DNA of 64,000 nucleotides from Candidatus Thermofontivivens primus (GCA_031458695.1 JAVKJW010000004.1:1-64000); one strand, 5' to 3'; shown: positions 9,520-18,563, counted from the first letter of the stretch. Translations and numbers: made by a program. Notes: generated by a model from the letters alone, not told the origin.

Positions 9520-10446
9520 CTAGACGGGATTGAGTGCTTCCACGCGGGGAGCGAAGCCGATCCTACCAAGCCATTCCAAGTAATCCCCAGGAGTGAGCTC
9601 CTCAGGTCCCTTGCCGCTCAGGGCGACCACAATCCCTTCGATGATGTTGGTCCCAAAAGAGCGGCCATCAATCTCTGGGGCCGAGGTGATGAGGAGGTGG
9701 ACCCCTCGCCTGCGGAGCTCCTCTACATCCTCGCTCGTGACGGTGTTGGTGAAAATCACTTTTCCTCTGAGGTCTTCGGGCATATAGCGTCGGATCAAGT
9801 GGAAGTCGCCTGCGATGACCTCAGCCCACTGGTAGTACCGATGATGCTTCGGCGTGATGATCTCTTGCCGCTCCCCCGTGGGGTAGAGGATACGGAAGGG
9901 AAGGCGCGTGAGGATTGGAAGGAGGAGGGCGGCCAGGATCTGCACTGAGCGGAGGGTACGCAGGGGGATGGGAAGGCCCAAAGCGAAGATGAAGTCTCCG
10001 AAGATCACGTCAGCACCTGCCTCGACGAACGCCTCCGCCATCCCGTAACGGTCTACAGAGCTCACCAGGAGGACGCGCTTACCCCGGAAGGAGATCCCAT
10101 GGACGCGCGGGAGGTAGTCCAGGATCAGGTGGCGCTCCCAGGAGGTCTTGATCCCGCCGCCGTCCACGAGCGGCGTCTGTCGGACGTCGCGTACCATGCG
10201 AAAGGCGTCCCGGATGGGATAACGCCTCTTCCCGGCACGCAGCCAGAGGTCCGTCCCGCCCACACACAGGACCGTCACTTTGCCGTCCAAGGAGGCGAAG
10301 AGCTGTCGCGCCTTCTCCAGGTCTCCCCCAGTCCCGATGCGCTCGATCTGGAAGCGCTCCCCGAGGATCTCAATCTCTACGCGCTTATCGCGCTTGGGAG
10401 ATCCCAGGCTGACGCTGACGATGCGCTTGAGAGGCTTCTCCTCCAT
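9520..10446 (-). CDS. conserved hypothetical protein (resembles the family often labelled 'quinate 5-dehydrogenase'; function unproven)
   Basis: VSVSLGS, VDGGGIK, DRYGMAE, GDFHLIRRYMP and GRSFGTN motifs; begins 2 nt after the coaX stop. Confidence 0.65.
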   Translation of the reverse strand: MEEKPLKRIVSVSLGSPKRDKRVEIEILGERFQIERIGTGGDLEKARQLFASLDGKVTVLCVGGTDLWLRAGKRRYPIRDAFRMVRDVRQTPLVDGGGIKTSWERHLILDYLPRVHGISFRGKRVLLVSSVDRYGMAEAFVEAGADVIFGDFIFALGLPIPLRTLRSVQILAALLLPILTRLPFRILYPTGERQEIITPKHHRYYQWAEVIAGDFHLIRRYMPEDLRGKVIFTNTVTSEDVEELRRRGVHLLITSAPEIDGRSFGTNIIEGIVVALSGKGPEELTPGDYLEWLGRIGFAPRVEALNPV

Positions 10447-10448
10447 CC

Positions 10449-11264
10449 CTATCCCTCGGTCCGATCCCTGCGCCCAGGCACCTCCAGGGAGAGACCGGCA
10501 TCTCGGTTGCGCTCGTAGACAATCCGTAACCCCTCCAGGTTGAGCAGGGGATCATGGTGGTCGATACTCCGGCATTCCTCCACGACCAGCTCCGCCCACC
10601 CCCCTGTAGCGATCACCTTGGCCTGACCCCCGAGTTCCCGCTTCATCCGACGGACGATCTCTTCGACCAGACCCACGAACCCAAAAATGATCCCGGCTTG
10701 CATGGCCGTTACCGTGTTCCTCGCAATGCAATGTTTCGGTTTGACCAGCTCAACCCTGCGAAGCTGCGCGGCATGTTCAGCCAGGGCTTCCATGGAAATC
10801 CCAATTCCTGGCGCAATGGCTCCCCCGAGGAAGTCCCCCGCCGCAGAAACTGCGGTAAAGGTCGTTGCGGTCCCGAAGTCCACGACAATCGCAGGGCCAC
10901 CGTACTTCTCGTACGCGGCAATAGCACCCACGATGCGGTCCGCGCCCACCGCCTTGGGATCTTCGTACAGGATCCGCATCCCCGTGCGAATCCCTGGTCC
11001 AACGAGGAGCGGCGCTAAGCCGAAATATTTCTTGCACAGACGGTCCATGGTATCCAGGAGGGGAGGCACAACGCAAGAAATCGCCACAGCATCGATCTGG
11101 GGGAAGGTAAACCCTGCGGAATCAAACAGGTTCCGGAGGAGCATAGCGTATTCGTCGGCGGTCTTGTCTGGGTCCGTGGAGATCCGCCAGTTGACCAGGA
11201 GCTCTGTATCCCGGTAGATCCCGATCTTGATATGGGTGTTGTTGACATCCATCGTCAGGAGCAT
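10449..11264 (-). CDS. coaX: type III pantothenate kinase
   Basis: MDVNNTHIK, SCVVP, VGADR, VDFGTATT, GGAIAPG, IATGG. Confidence 0.95.
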   Translation of the reverse strand: MLLTMDVNNTHIKIGIYRDTELLVNWRISTDPDKTADEYAMLLRNLFDSAGFTFPQIDAVAISCVVPPLLDTMDRLCKKYFGLAPLLVGPGIRTGMRILYEDPKAVGADRIVGAIAAYEKYGGPAIVVDFGTATTFTAVSAAGDFLGGAIAPGIGISMEALAEHAAQLRRVELVKPKHCIARNTVTAMQAGIIFGFVGLVEEIVRRMKRELGGQAKVIATGGWAELVVEECRSIDHHDPLLNLEGLRIVYERNRDAGLSLEVPGRRDRTEG

Positions 11265-11282
11265 CGCGGGTTCCTCACTCCC

Positions 11283-12074
11283 TCACCGTCCTTCCGTCCT
11301 TCGCAGGTGGCGCACCGCGCGATACATGGGCACGGTCACAACGACGGCCAGGAAGACCTCAGGAAGGCCATGGGTGACCCCAACGAGCAAGACGGCTTCC
11401 CATGGCCATCCAAAGAAGACCTTGATGAGCCCGAGCACGCCCACGGTGTTCGTAAGGGTGCCCACGATAGCACCCGCCGCCGGGGCCGCGTTCTCCCCTC
11501 CCAGGATTCTATAAGCCCCATAGGCAACCGCGAGGCCAACCACGATGGGAAGCCACGGCTGCGCTGCCGTGAACGATGTGACGCTGTGAAAGAGACCCAC
11601 AAGCCAGCTTGCCTGGATCTTCCCTGCCGCAAATGCCTGGTTGAAGCGCGTAGCTCCTGGACCGAGCATGGTGTAGAAGGCAGCACCAAGGGCGAGCCCT
11701 GAAAGCAGGCGGGCATATCTTCCCCGCAGGAGCACGAACGCGTAGAACGCCAGCACGCCAATGAGGATCCGCGGACCGAAGGCAATGAGGGGGTTCTTGA
11801 AGAATGGCAGCGTCGCCCTGGTGAAGCTGAAGAAGCCGAAGATGAACCCCACAAATGCGCCCACGACCGGTCCTTCTAGGATTCCCGCGAGGATCGCCGG
11901 GATGTGCATGGTCGTTGCGCTGCCAGCAGGGGTGGGAGCAGGAATGAACCCTAGACCTGGGATGGACCCCAGGACAATCGCAAGCGCACCGAGCATCCCA
12001 GTGATAACCACATCGTGGGTGGTGAGGCGGATCAGACCGCGGGAAGCGGTGGGGGCGTGTACAGGAGACCGCAT
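11283..12074 (-). CDS. panT: ECF transporter S component, pantothenate (PanT-like)
   Basis: LGFIP, ATTMHIP, ILEGP..G, PRILIG, GTLTNTVGVL, GLPE; directly upstream of coaX. Confidence 0.8.
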   Translation of the reverse strand: MRSPVHAPTASRGLIRLTTHDVVITGMLGALAIVLGSIPGLGFIPAPTPAGSATTMHIPAILAGILEGPVVGAFVGFIFGFFSFTRATLPFFKNPLIAFGPRILIGVLAFYAFVLLRGRYARLLSGLALGAAFYTMLGPGATRFNQAFAAGKIQASWLVGLFHSVTSFTAAQPWLPIVVGLAVAYGAYRILGGENAAPAAGAIVGTLTNTVGVLGLIKVFFGWPWEAVLLVGVTHGLPEVFLAVVVTVPMYRAVRHLRRTEGR

Positions 12075-12089
12075 ACGTATCCCTCCGTT

Positions 12090-12173
12090 CCAGTTCTGAA
12101 TTCAGATACCGGACGGACAGCATGTCCTGTGTCCGTACCAGGGTCCAGTTCCTCCACCACACGAGGATACCGG
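12090..12173 (-). ncRNA. pan-motif-like cis-regulatory RNA leader
   Basis: Two homologous hairpins with a bulged A (CCGGU-A-UCCUC...GAGGA-ACUGG and CCGGU-A-UCU...AGA-ACUGG) flank a third hairpin (ACGGACA/UGUCCGU) in the 5' UTR of panT-coaX. Confidence 0.72.
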
Positions 12174-12182
12174 TCCCGCTCC

Positions 12183-12211
12183 AGTGTAGCACGGCTCCCT
12201 TTTTAGGGCAA
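12183..12211 (-). promoter_or_regulatory. sigma70-type promoter for panT-coaX
   Basis: TTGCCC-17 nt-TACACT with extended -10 TG, immediately upstream of the hairpin leader. Confidence 0.6.
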
Positions 12212-13168
12212 GGGCTGCAGGTCCTTTATGCTCGGGATGCCCCCGAGCCCCTCGGCTTGCAACACTGCCCGCTTGACCGCTGTTGCCACGACCTCGACAG
12301 CAGCAGCCCCCACGGCAAAGAAATTGGCCTCCACCTCGCCTGTTGCCAGGACGAACATCGTATCCCCGTCGACCATGGTATGGGCAGGGGAAACCGTCCG
12401 GGCAAGGCCGTTATGGCTGAGCTGGGCGAGCTTATTGGCCTGCTCCTTGGTCAGGCGGGCGTTCGTGGCTACGACGCCAATCGTGGTGTTGTCCGGGAAG
12501 CCAGGCGGGGGGAGAGCGAACAAGGCCTTGGCTGTGTCCAGGAACGCCCCCGTGCTCGGATCCCTGGCCCCGGCGAGGATCTTTCCCGTCCGGTCATCCA
12601 CGATATCCCCGAAGGCGTTGACTGCCACAATGGCCCCCACCACAACGCCGCCTGGGAGGGAGAGCGCCCATGTGCCGATCCCTCCCTTCATGGCACTTGC
12701 CATGCCCAGGAGCTTGCCTACGGTGGCCCCTGTCCCTGCACCGACGCTGCCCTCCGCAGGGGGCCCGGCGCTAGCCTCGAGGCAGGCCTGGTAGCCCATC
12801 TCCGCATTTGGGCGGATCCGGAAATCTCCAATGCGTAGGTCGAACAAGACCGCAGCGGGGACGATAGGGACCTTGGTCACTCCCACATCGTACCCGATGC
12901 CTCTCTCCTCGAGATACCGCATCACCCCGTCAGCGGCCGCAAGGCCGAAGGCACTCCCTCCTGTGAGAAGGACCGCGTGCACACGCTCGACGTGCTGCAT
13001 GGGGCGAAGGAGATCGGTCTCCCGAGTCCCCGGAGCGGAGCCCCTTACCTCCACCCCCCCTACTGCACCGCCCTCACATAGGATTACGGTACACCCAGTG
13101 ATGGCATCCAGGTCCGTGGCGTGCCCGACTTTAATCCCTGGGACTCTCGTGATGCTCTCCTGCGACAT
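12203..13168 (-). CDS. DmpA/P1 (S58) family peptidase/amidohydrolase
   Basis: GCTVIL, RGSAPGTRETD, LTGGSAFGL, GAGTGAT, NAFGD, NTTIG autoproteolysis site, HTMVDGD. Confidence 0.92.
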   Translation of the reverse strand: MSQESITRVPGIKVGHATDLDAITGCTVILCEGGAVGGVEVRGSAPGTRETDLLRPMQHVERVHAVLLTGGSAFGLAAADGVMRYLEERGIGYDVGVTKVPIVPAAVLFDLRIGDFRIRPNAEMGYQACLEASAGPPAEGSVGAGTGATVGKLLGMASAMKGGIGTWALSLPGGVVVGAIVAVNAFGDIVDDRTGKILAGARDPSTGAFLDTAKALFALPPPGFPDNTTIGVVATNARLTKEQANKLAQLSHNGLARTVSPAHTMVDGDTMFVLATGEVEANFFAVGAAAVEVVATAVKRAVLQAEGLGGIPSIKDLQPLP

Positions 13169-13964
13169 CCCTGACCACCTTCACCTCTCCCGCCAACACA
13201 CGGCGAAGACTCCCCCCGACACGCACCACCAGCGCCCCGTCTGTGTCGATATCGACCGCCTCCCCTTCGAAAATCTCCTCGAGGAGAGAGATCTGCACCC
13301 TCCTCCCGAGCAGGGAGGAAAGCACCCTCCACTCCTCGCGCATTTCCTCTCCCCTTTTGTAAGCCTCGTAGCTCCTCTCGAGCTCCACCAGGATGCGCTG
13401 GAGGAGATCCTCTGGATCTCCTGGGTGCCCGAGGAACTCCAATAGGGAAGTGGCACGCTTGCGGACCTCCTCTGGGAGCTTCGCCAGGGGGACATTCACG
13501 TTGATGCCGATCCCTACCACGACCCACCCTCTCCCGACCTCCACGAGGATCCCCCCCAGCTTGCGGTCCTCAAGGACGAGGTCGTTCGGCCACTTCACCT
13601 GGACCGGGGCGCCCGCACTCTTCCGCAGGGCACGGGCCACGGCGCACGCAGTCACAAGGCCCAATCCAGAGAGGAAGGACGGATCAACGCCTGGACGCAA
13701 GATCAGGGAGAACCAGAGGCCTCCGCGCGGGGAGCGCCAGCGCCGCCGCAATCGGCCCCGGCCTCTCGTCTGGATCTCGGCGAGGACGAGGGTTCCCTCC
13801 GGTGCTCCGCCCTCCGCCAGCTTCCGGGCAAGGTCGTTGGTGGACCCGATCCGTTCTCGAAAGATCAGGTTTCTCCCGAGGAAAACTGTCTGCAAGCCCC
13901 GGAGAAACCGTTCTGGGCGGAACCATCCCCTTGCCTCTGCTTCCTTCACCTGCACAGCGCGCAC
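13131..13964 (-). CDS. birA: biotin--[acetyl-CoA-carboxylase] ligase, no N-terminal HTH
   Basis: STND, QTRGRGR, KWPND, KLGGIL, GIGINV; likely GTG start just after the folK stop. Confidence 0.9.
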   Translation of the reverse strand: MRAVQVKEAEARGWFRPERFLRGLQTVFLGRNLIFRERIGSTNDLARKLAEGGAPEGTLVLAEIQTRGRGRLRRRWRSPRGGLWFSLILRPGVDPSFLSGLGLVTACAVARALRKSAGAPVQVKWPNDLVLEDRKLGGILVEVGRGWVVVGIGINVNVPLAKLPEEVRKRATSLLEFLGHPGDPEDLLQRILVELERSYEAYKRGEEMREEWRVLSSLLGRRVQISLLEEIFEGEAVDIDTDGALVVRVGGSLRRVLAGEVKVVRDVAGEHHESPRD

Positions 13965-13965
13965 C

Positions 13966-15135
13966 TCATGCTCCCCCCAGCGGACCGGCCATCTCTTTTG
14001 TGCTCCCTGGTGGGAGGTACGCAAGCACCTTCTGGAGATCCTCCTCACGGAAGATATCGATCTGATCGGTGTCGACCACAAGGAAAGGGGACTCCTCGTA
14101 CCGGCTGAAAAATGCATCGTAGGCTTCACACAGGCGCTCCAGGTACTCTCGTCGCATCGGGCGTTCAAATGGCCTGTCCCGCAGGGCGATGCGTCTCAGC
14201 AAGGTCTCGACCTTCGCACGAAGGAAGAGGACGAGGTCCGGCGTGGACGTCCCCGAGGAGAGGACCTCATACAGGCGGCAATAGAGATCGAGTTCCTCAT
14301 TGGAGAGGTTCAACGTAGCGAAGATCCGATCCTTTGCGAACATGTAATCGCTCACCACGGGCCCCGTCTGCAGGAGGTTCCTCATCTCCAGCTGCTGCCG
14401 ATAGCGGCTGAGCAGGAAGAAGATTTGTGTGGGGAAGGCCATCCCCCGGGGATCTGCATAGAACTTGTGGAGGAAGGGGTTCTCCTCTACCACCTCCAGC
14501 ACCAGATGGGCACCCAGGCGCTCGGAGAGGATGCGGGCGAGAGTGGTCTTCCCCACACCAATAGGTCCCTCGACAGCCACGTACCAGCTCCGCTCCTCTC
14601 CTGGGAGAAGGGAACGCTGTTGGCGGCGGGGAGGGTTATAGAGGAGGGGCTGGGGTGTCCAACGCACGACCTCCTGACCCGGTGGGAGGGTGTGGAGGAT
14701 CTCCGCGAGAGGACCGTATTGGGGATGGTGGAGGCCCGGGGCGATCTCAAGCAGGGGGACGAGGACGAACGCCCTGCGGTGCATCTCCGGGTGGGGGATG
14801 GTGAGCGTCTCTGTAGAGATCGCTTCCTCACCGTAGAGGAGGATGTCGATGTCCACGGTGCGGGGGCCCCACCGGACCTCCCGCTTTCGCCCAAGCCCTG
14901 CCTCCACTTCGTGGATCAGAGCGAGCAGGCTGTGGGGATCGAGGTCCGTTTCCGCCTCGACCGCCATATTGAGGAACCATGGCTGGTTGGCGAGCCCGAC
15001 GGGCGCGGTCTCATAGAGGGAGGAGCGCTTGGTAATGCGCACGCGCCCGGACCTCTCCAGGGCATCCAGCGCCTGCTCGAGGGTCTTCGCGCGGTCGCCG
15101 AGGTTAGAGCCGAGGCTGAGGTAAACTGTCGCCAC
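13966..15135 (-). CDS. folK: FolK (HPPK) fused to deoxynucleoside kinase
   Basis: N-terminal LSLGSNLG, FLN, WGPRTVDIDIL and IPHP; C-terminal EGPIGVGKTT, ENPFL..FY and QIFFLLSR. Confidence 0.92.
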   Translation of the reverse strand: MATVYLSLGSNLGDRAKTLEQALDALERSGRVRITKRSSLYETAPVGLANQPWFLNMAVEAETDLDPHSLLALIHEVEAGLGRKREVRWGPRTVDIDILLYGEEAISTETLTIPHPEMHRRAFVLVPLLEIAPGLHHPQYGPLAEILHTLPPGQEVVRWTPQPLLYNPPRRQQRSLLPGEERSWYVAVEGPIGVGKTTLARILSERLGAHLVLEVVEENPFLHKFYADPRGMAFPTQIFFLLSRYRQQLEMRNLLQTGPVVSDYMFAKDRIFATLNLSNEELDLYCRLYEVLSSGTSTPDLVLFLRAKVETLLRRIALRDRPFERPMRREYLERLCEAYDAFFSRYEESPFLVVDTDQIDIFREEDLQKVLAYLPPGSTKEMAGPLGGA

Positions 15136-15156
15136 GTGCCCTTCCGACCTCCTCTC

Positions 15157-15537
15157 CTAACCTCTCGCCCCGCGTACCCGGTGGACTTCCACAGCCACAT
15201 CCCCTACAATCCCTCCAAGGCGTGCGCGCGGCTTGTGGACCCTGACACAGACCGATTCGACCAAGGGCAGGGAGAGGAGACGATCGGCGATGGCCTCGGT
15301 CAGGGCTTCCAGAAGGGAGAACCGGCCTCCCTCCACGACCTCCCGCACCCTCGCGTAGATCTCCCGGTAGTCCACCGTCTTGGAGAGGTCATCGGTGTGA
15401 CAGGCCTCCTCGAGGTCGCAGGCCATCTCCACGTCCACGACGAAGGGTTGGCCGTGCGCTTGCTCTTCTGGTAGGACCCCGTGGTATCCGTGAAAGACCA
15501 TCCCCGTGAGGAGGATCCGCTCCCTTGCCTTATCCAT
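15157..15537 (-). CDS. folB: dihydroneopterin aldolase
   Basis: GYHGVLPEE, GQPF.VD, TVDY, LLEAL, KP. Confidence 0.93.
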   Translation of the reverse strand: MDKARERILLTGMVFHGYHGVLPEEQAHGQPFVVDVEMACDLEEACHTDDLSKTVDYREIYARVREVVEGGRFSLLEALTEAIADRLLSLPLVESVCVRVHKPRARLGGIVGDVAVEVHRVRGARG

Positions 15538-16435
15538 CCCACGGCCTCCACCCACGCACAATCGCGTCGGTCATCCGGGCAACCCGCGCCATGGGGCGCA
15601 CATCGTGCACGCGAACGAAATCAGCCCCCGCGGCAATCGCCAGGGCCACTGTCGCCGCCGTCCCCTCCAGCCGCTCCTCCACAGGAAGATCCCCCAGGAC
15701 CTTCCCGATCGTGGACTTCCGGGACGTCCCAATGAGGATGGGACAGCCCAGAACGCGCATCTCCCCTAGTCGGCGGAGGATCTCCAGGTTGTGGGCAACG
15801 GTTTTCCCGAACCCGAATCCTGGATCCACGATGATCTGACCCCTCTTGATGCCCGCGCTTAAGGCGAAGGCGATACGCTCACGGAGGAACTCGATGATCT
15901 CCGCCATCACATCCTCGTAGTGCGGCTCCTGCTGCATGGTCTTGGGGGTCCCCTTCATGTGCATGAGGACGATGGGAACTCCGGCCCGCGCCACCACCCT
16001 GGCCATCTCCGGGTCAAAGCGCAAGGCGCTGATGTCGTTGACCATGGAGGCCCCGGCGGCGATCGCTTGACGGGCTACCTCTGCCTTGTACGTGTCAATG
16101 GAGAGGGGAACATCCACCTCCCTGGAAAGGCGTGCGATCACCGGGATGACCCGGCGCAGCTCCTCCTCCAGCGGGACGGGATCCGATCCAGGGCGGCTCG
16201 ATTCCCCCCCGACGTCAAGAAGATCTGCCCCCCCTTCGACCATCTCCCTGGCACGGGCGACGGCCAGGTCCACCACCTCGTCTTCGCCTGCCTGGGTGAG
16301 CAGCCCATCCCCGCTAAAAGAGTCCGGGGTCACGTTGAGGATCCCCATGATGTAAGTGCGCTCCCCCATGCGGAACACCCGCGAGCCACAGCGGATCTGC
16401 AGGACCTGGTTTCCGACCACATCCTTCACTCCCAC
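15530..16435 (-). CDS. folP: dihydropteroate synthase
   Basis: MGILNVTPDSFS, GGESSRPG, IDTYK, DPGFGFGK, SRKS, RVHDV; start uncertain. Confidence 0.96.
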   Translation of the reverse strand: MGVKDVVGNQVLQIRCGSRVFRMGERTYIMGILNVTPDSFSGDGLLTQAGEDEVVDLAVARAREMVEGGADLLDVGGESSRPGSDPVPLEEELRRVIPVIARLSREVDVPLSIDTYKAEVARQAIAAGASMVNDISALRFDPEMARVVARAGVPIVLMHMKGTPKTMQQEPHYEDVMAEIIEFLRERIAFALSAGIKRGQIIVDPGFGFGKTVAHNLEILRRLGEMRVLGCPILIGTSRKSTIGKVLGDLPVEERLEGTAATVALAIAAGADFVRVHDVRPMARVARMTDAIVRGWRPWDG

Positions 16436-17352
16436 CGCACCAGTTGGACCCCCAAGAGCTCCAGCAACCTGGCGTCTAAGACCTTCTCCCTGCTGAACCG
16501 GTGGATGCGGAGGTAGTGCCTGGCGATCTCCACGAGGGCATCGAGGGGAACGAGGCCAACGATCTCGCTCTCCACGACTTCCACCCCGTACCGCGCGGCC
16601 TCTGCCAGGACCAGCTCAAAGACCCTGGGGAGGGGAGTCCGGACGGGATCGAGGAGATTCATGGTAACTTGGGCAATGCCGCGGTGCTCGATGCGCACGC
16701 CGCGCGCCTGAACGTTCACGAGGCCGCCGCTGGACTCCCGGACGGCGCGCGCAATATTCTTTGCAACAACCACATCCCCTGTGCTGAGGTAGACATTGAA
16801 GGCGATCAGCGGCCTCCGCGCCCCCACAACAGTTGCCCCGGCGGTGGGGTGCAGGCGAGGTTCGCCAATGTCAGGGTGGCGCTCGGGAAGGCTGATTGTC
16901 TCTTTCAGCCCTTCGTACTCGCCGCGGCGGATCTCTGGGAGGCGCCTTCGCTCGGGGCGCTGCGCGGCCTCGGCGTACAGGTAGACGGGGACCCCAAGCT
17001 TTTCCCAAATCTCTCTCCCTAGGTCCTTCGCCAGCGCAACACACTCGGCCATCGTGACATTCGCCAGGGGAACGAATGGGATCACGTCCACTGCCCCGAT
17101 ACGCGGATGGACCCCTCGGTGTTCCTCCATGTTGATCAGCTCCACAGCCCTCGCGGCAGAGGCGAATGCCGCCTGCTTCACAGCCTCTGGCTCCCCTACA
17201 AAGGTCAGGACACACCGGTGATGGCTGGGGTCCCAGGAGACATCGAGAAGAAAGACCCCCTGGGTCCGCCGTACCTCCCCGGCGAGGGCCTCAATAACCT
17301 CCACTCGCCGTCCTTCGCTGAAGTTAGGAACACAAGCCACAATCCGCTGCAT
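16426..17352 (-). CDS. ftcD: glutamate formimidoyltransferase
   Basis: CVPNFSEGR, HPRIGAVDVIPFVP, IRRGEYEG, GAR..LIAFN, SEIVGLVP. Confidence 0.93.
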   Translation of the reverse strand: MQRIVACVPNFSEGRRVEVIEALAGEVRRTQGVFLLDVSWDPSHHRCVLTFVGEPEAVKQAAFASAARAVELINMEEHRGVHPRIGAVDVIPFVPLANVTMAECVALAKDLGREIWEKLGVPVYLYAEAAQRPERRRLPEIRRGEYEGLKETISLPERHPDIGEPRLHPTAGATVVGARRPLIAFNVYLSTGDVVVAKNIARAVRESSGGLVNVQARGVRIEHRGIAQVTMNLLDPVRTPLPRVFELVLAEAARYGVEVVESEIVGLVPLDALVEIARHYLRIHRFSREKVLDARLLELLGVQLVRWE

Positions 17353-17380
17353 CCTTCTTTCCCCTCCACCCAGAGGGGCC

Positions 17381-17638
17381 TCACCGGGGATCAGGGAAAA
17401 GCCCCTGGCTCCTGGCGAACTCCTCCCAACTCCGGTGTCCCATCCACTCCTCTAGCTTCTCGAAGACCTCCTCAGGGGTCACAGCTCCCTCGTAGATCTG
17501 GTGGATCAACTCCGCAACCATGTGGGATCCAGGCGGGAGGGAGAGGGGAGGGATCCCTGCTTCCCGGTAGGCTACGTTGTCCTCAATGATCCGGTAGACT
17601 GCCCCCAGGACCAGGCGGACGAGCTCTCGCTTGTTCAT
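17381..17638 (-). CDS. hypothetical protein
   Basis: ATG overlaps the upstream stop; GGAGG RBS; in operon context. Confidence 0.65.
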   Translation of the reverse strand: MNKRELVRLVLGAVYRIIEDNVAYREAGIPPLSLPPGSHMVAELIHQIYEGAVTPEEVFEKLEEWMGHRSWEEFARSQGLFPDPR

Positions 17639-18012
17639 AGGCCTCCAGTGCTAGTTCCCCCGTCCCCCTCCTCCACGCGGGAGAAGTGGATGACCGTCAC
17701 AGTGTCCTCCAGGGTTACGGGGCGGCCGTAGATGGAGCTCAGGAATTTGATCAACTCCTCGTGGCGACGGAACTCCGGATTTTCCCGCTCGATCTCCTTG
17801 GGAGTAACCTCCCCGAGCTTCTTGACCTCCACCCGGTCGATGATCGCCGTAAAGATCTTCTTCCGCGTCCCGAACCTGCGCCCCACGGTGATCCAGACGA
17901 GCTGGCCGTCGCGGTACTTATCCTGCTTGTCCCCGAGCCGGATAGTCGCCGTCTTCCGGCCTTGGCGAAGTTGTTCCGCAAAGACCTCGGAATAAAAATT
18001 CAGCGCATACAT
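17635..18012 (-). CDS. ASCH/PUA-like domain protein (putative RNA-binding)
   Basis: LNFYSE...GRKTATIR motif and C-terminal VTVIHF. Confidence 0.8.
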   Translation of the reverse strand: MYALNFYSEVFAEQLRQGRKTATIRLGDKQDKYRDGQLVWITVGRRFGTRKKIFTAIIDRVEVKKLGEVTPKEIERENPEFRRHEELIKFLSSIYGRPVTLEDTVTVIHFSRVEEGDGGTSTGGL

Positions 18013-18116
18013 CGCTACTTCCCTGTCCCTTACCCCTTCATCTCACCCCACCGACATCCTAGAACGGATTTCAGCGAGGTCCCATCATGGGGAAATGTCG
18101 TAAAACCCTGCCGTTC

Positions 18117-18563
18117 CTACTGGAGCTCGGGGGCGTAGGTGACCTCCACCTTCTTCCCCTTCTCCCCGGATCCACGGGCGAGAATCTTCCCTTGATAGGT
18201 CACTGTAGCGTTCACCCGTGAGATCTCTTGCATCTGACCCAGGATACTGGTGATAGCCAGCTCCAGCTCTGCCTGGAGGTACTCCCGGGACTCCTTTTTG
18301 GCCTGCCCCGGCTTGAAAGTGGCCGACTCGAAGGTAACATCCACAACTCCCTTCTCCACTTTCACCTCTCGGACGGTCCCCTGCCCGATGATGTTCTCCA
18401 CGAGGTTCTTGGCGATTTCCTGGGGAGGCGGGGGTTGCCTCCTGGCCTCCTCTTGCTTGCGCCAGGCGTAGTCCCAGGCAAAGATCCCTGCCGCGATCAC
18501 TGCTACAACGGCAATATAAATGAGGACGGGAGTATACTGGAACCCTCTCATGGTTTTCGCCAA
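18117..18563 (-). CDS. hypothetical protein with N-terminal membrane anchor
   Basis: One hydrophobic helix (VLIYIAVVAVIAAGIFAW) followed by a charged domain; start may be the ATG at 18551. Confidence 0.7.
   Translation of the reverse strand: MAKTMRGFQYTPVLIYIAVVAVIAAGIFAWDYAWRKQEEARRQPPPPQEIAKNLVENIIGQGTVREVKVEKGVVDVTFESATFKPGQAKKESREYLQAELELAITSILGQMQEISRVNATVTYQGKILARGSGEKGKKVEVTYAPELQ

Noticed and set aside
13393..15474. Long antisense ORFs (693 aa here; also 3483-4898, 7388-8824 and 61946-63385)
   Set aside because: They are shadows of well-supported opposite-strand genes in GC-rich DNA and carry no family motifs.
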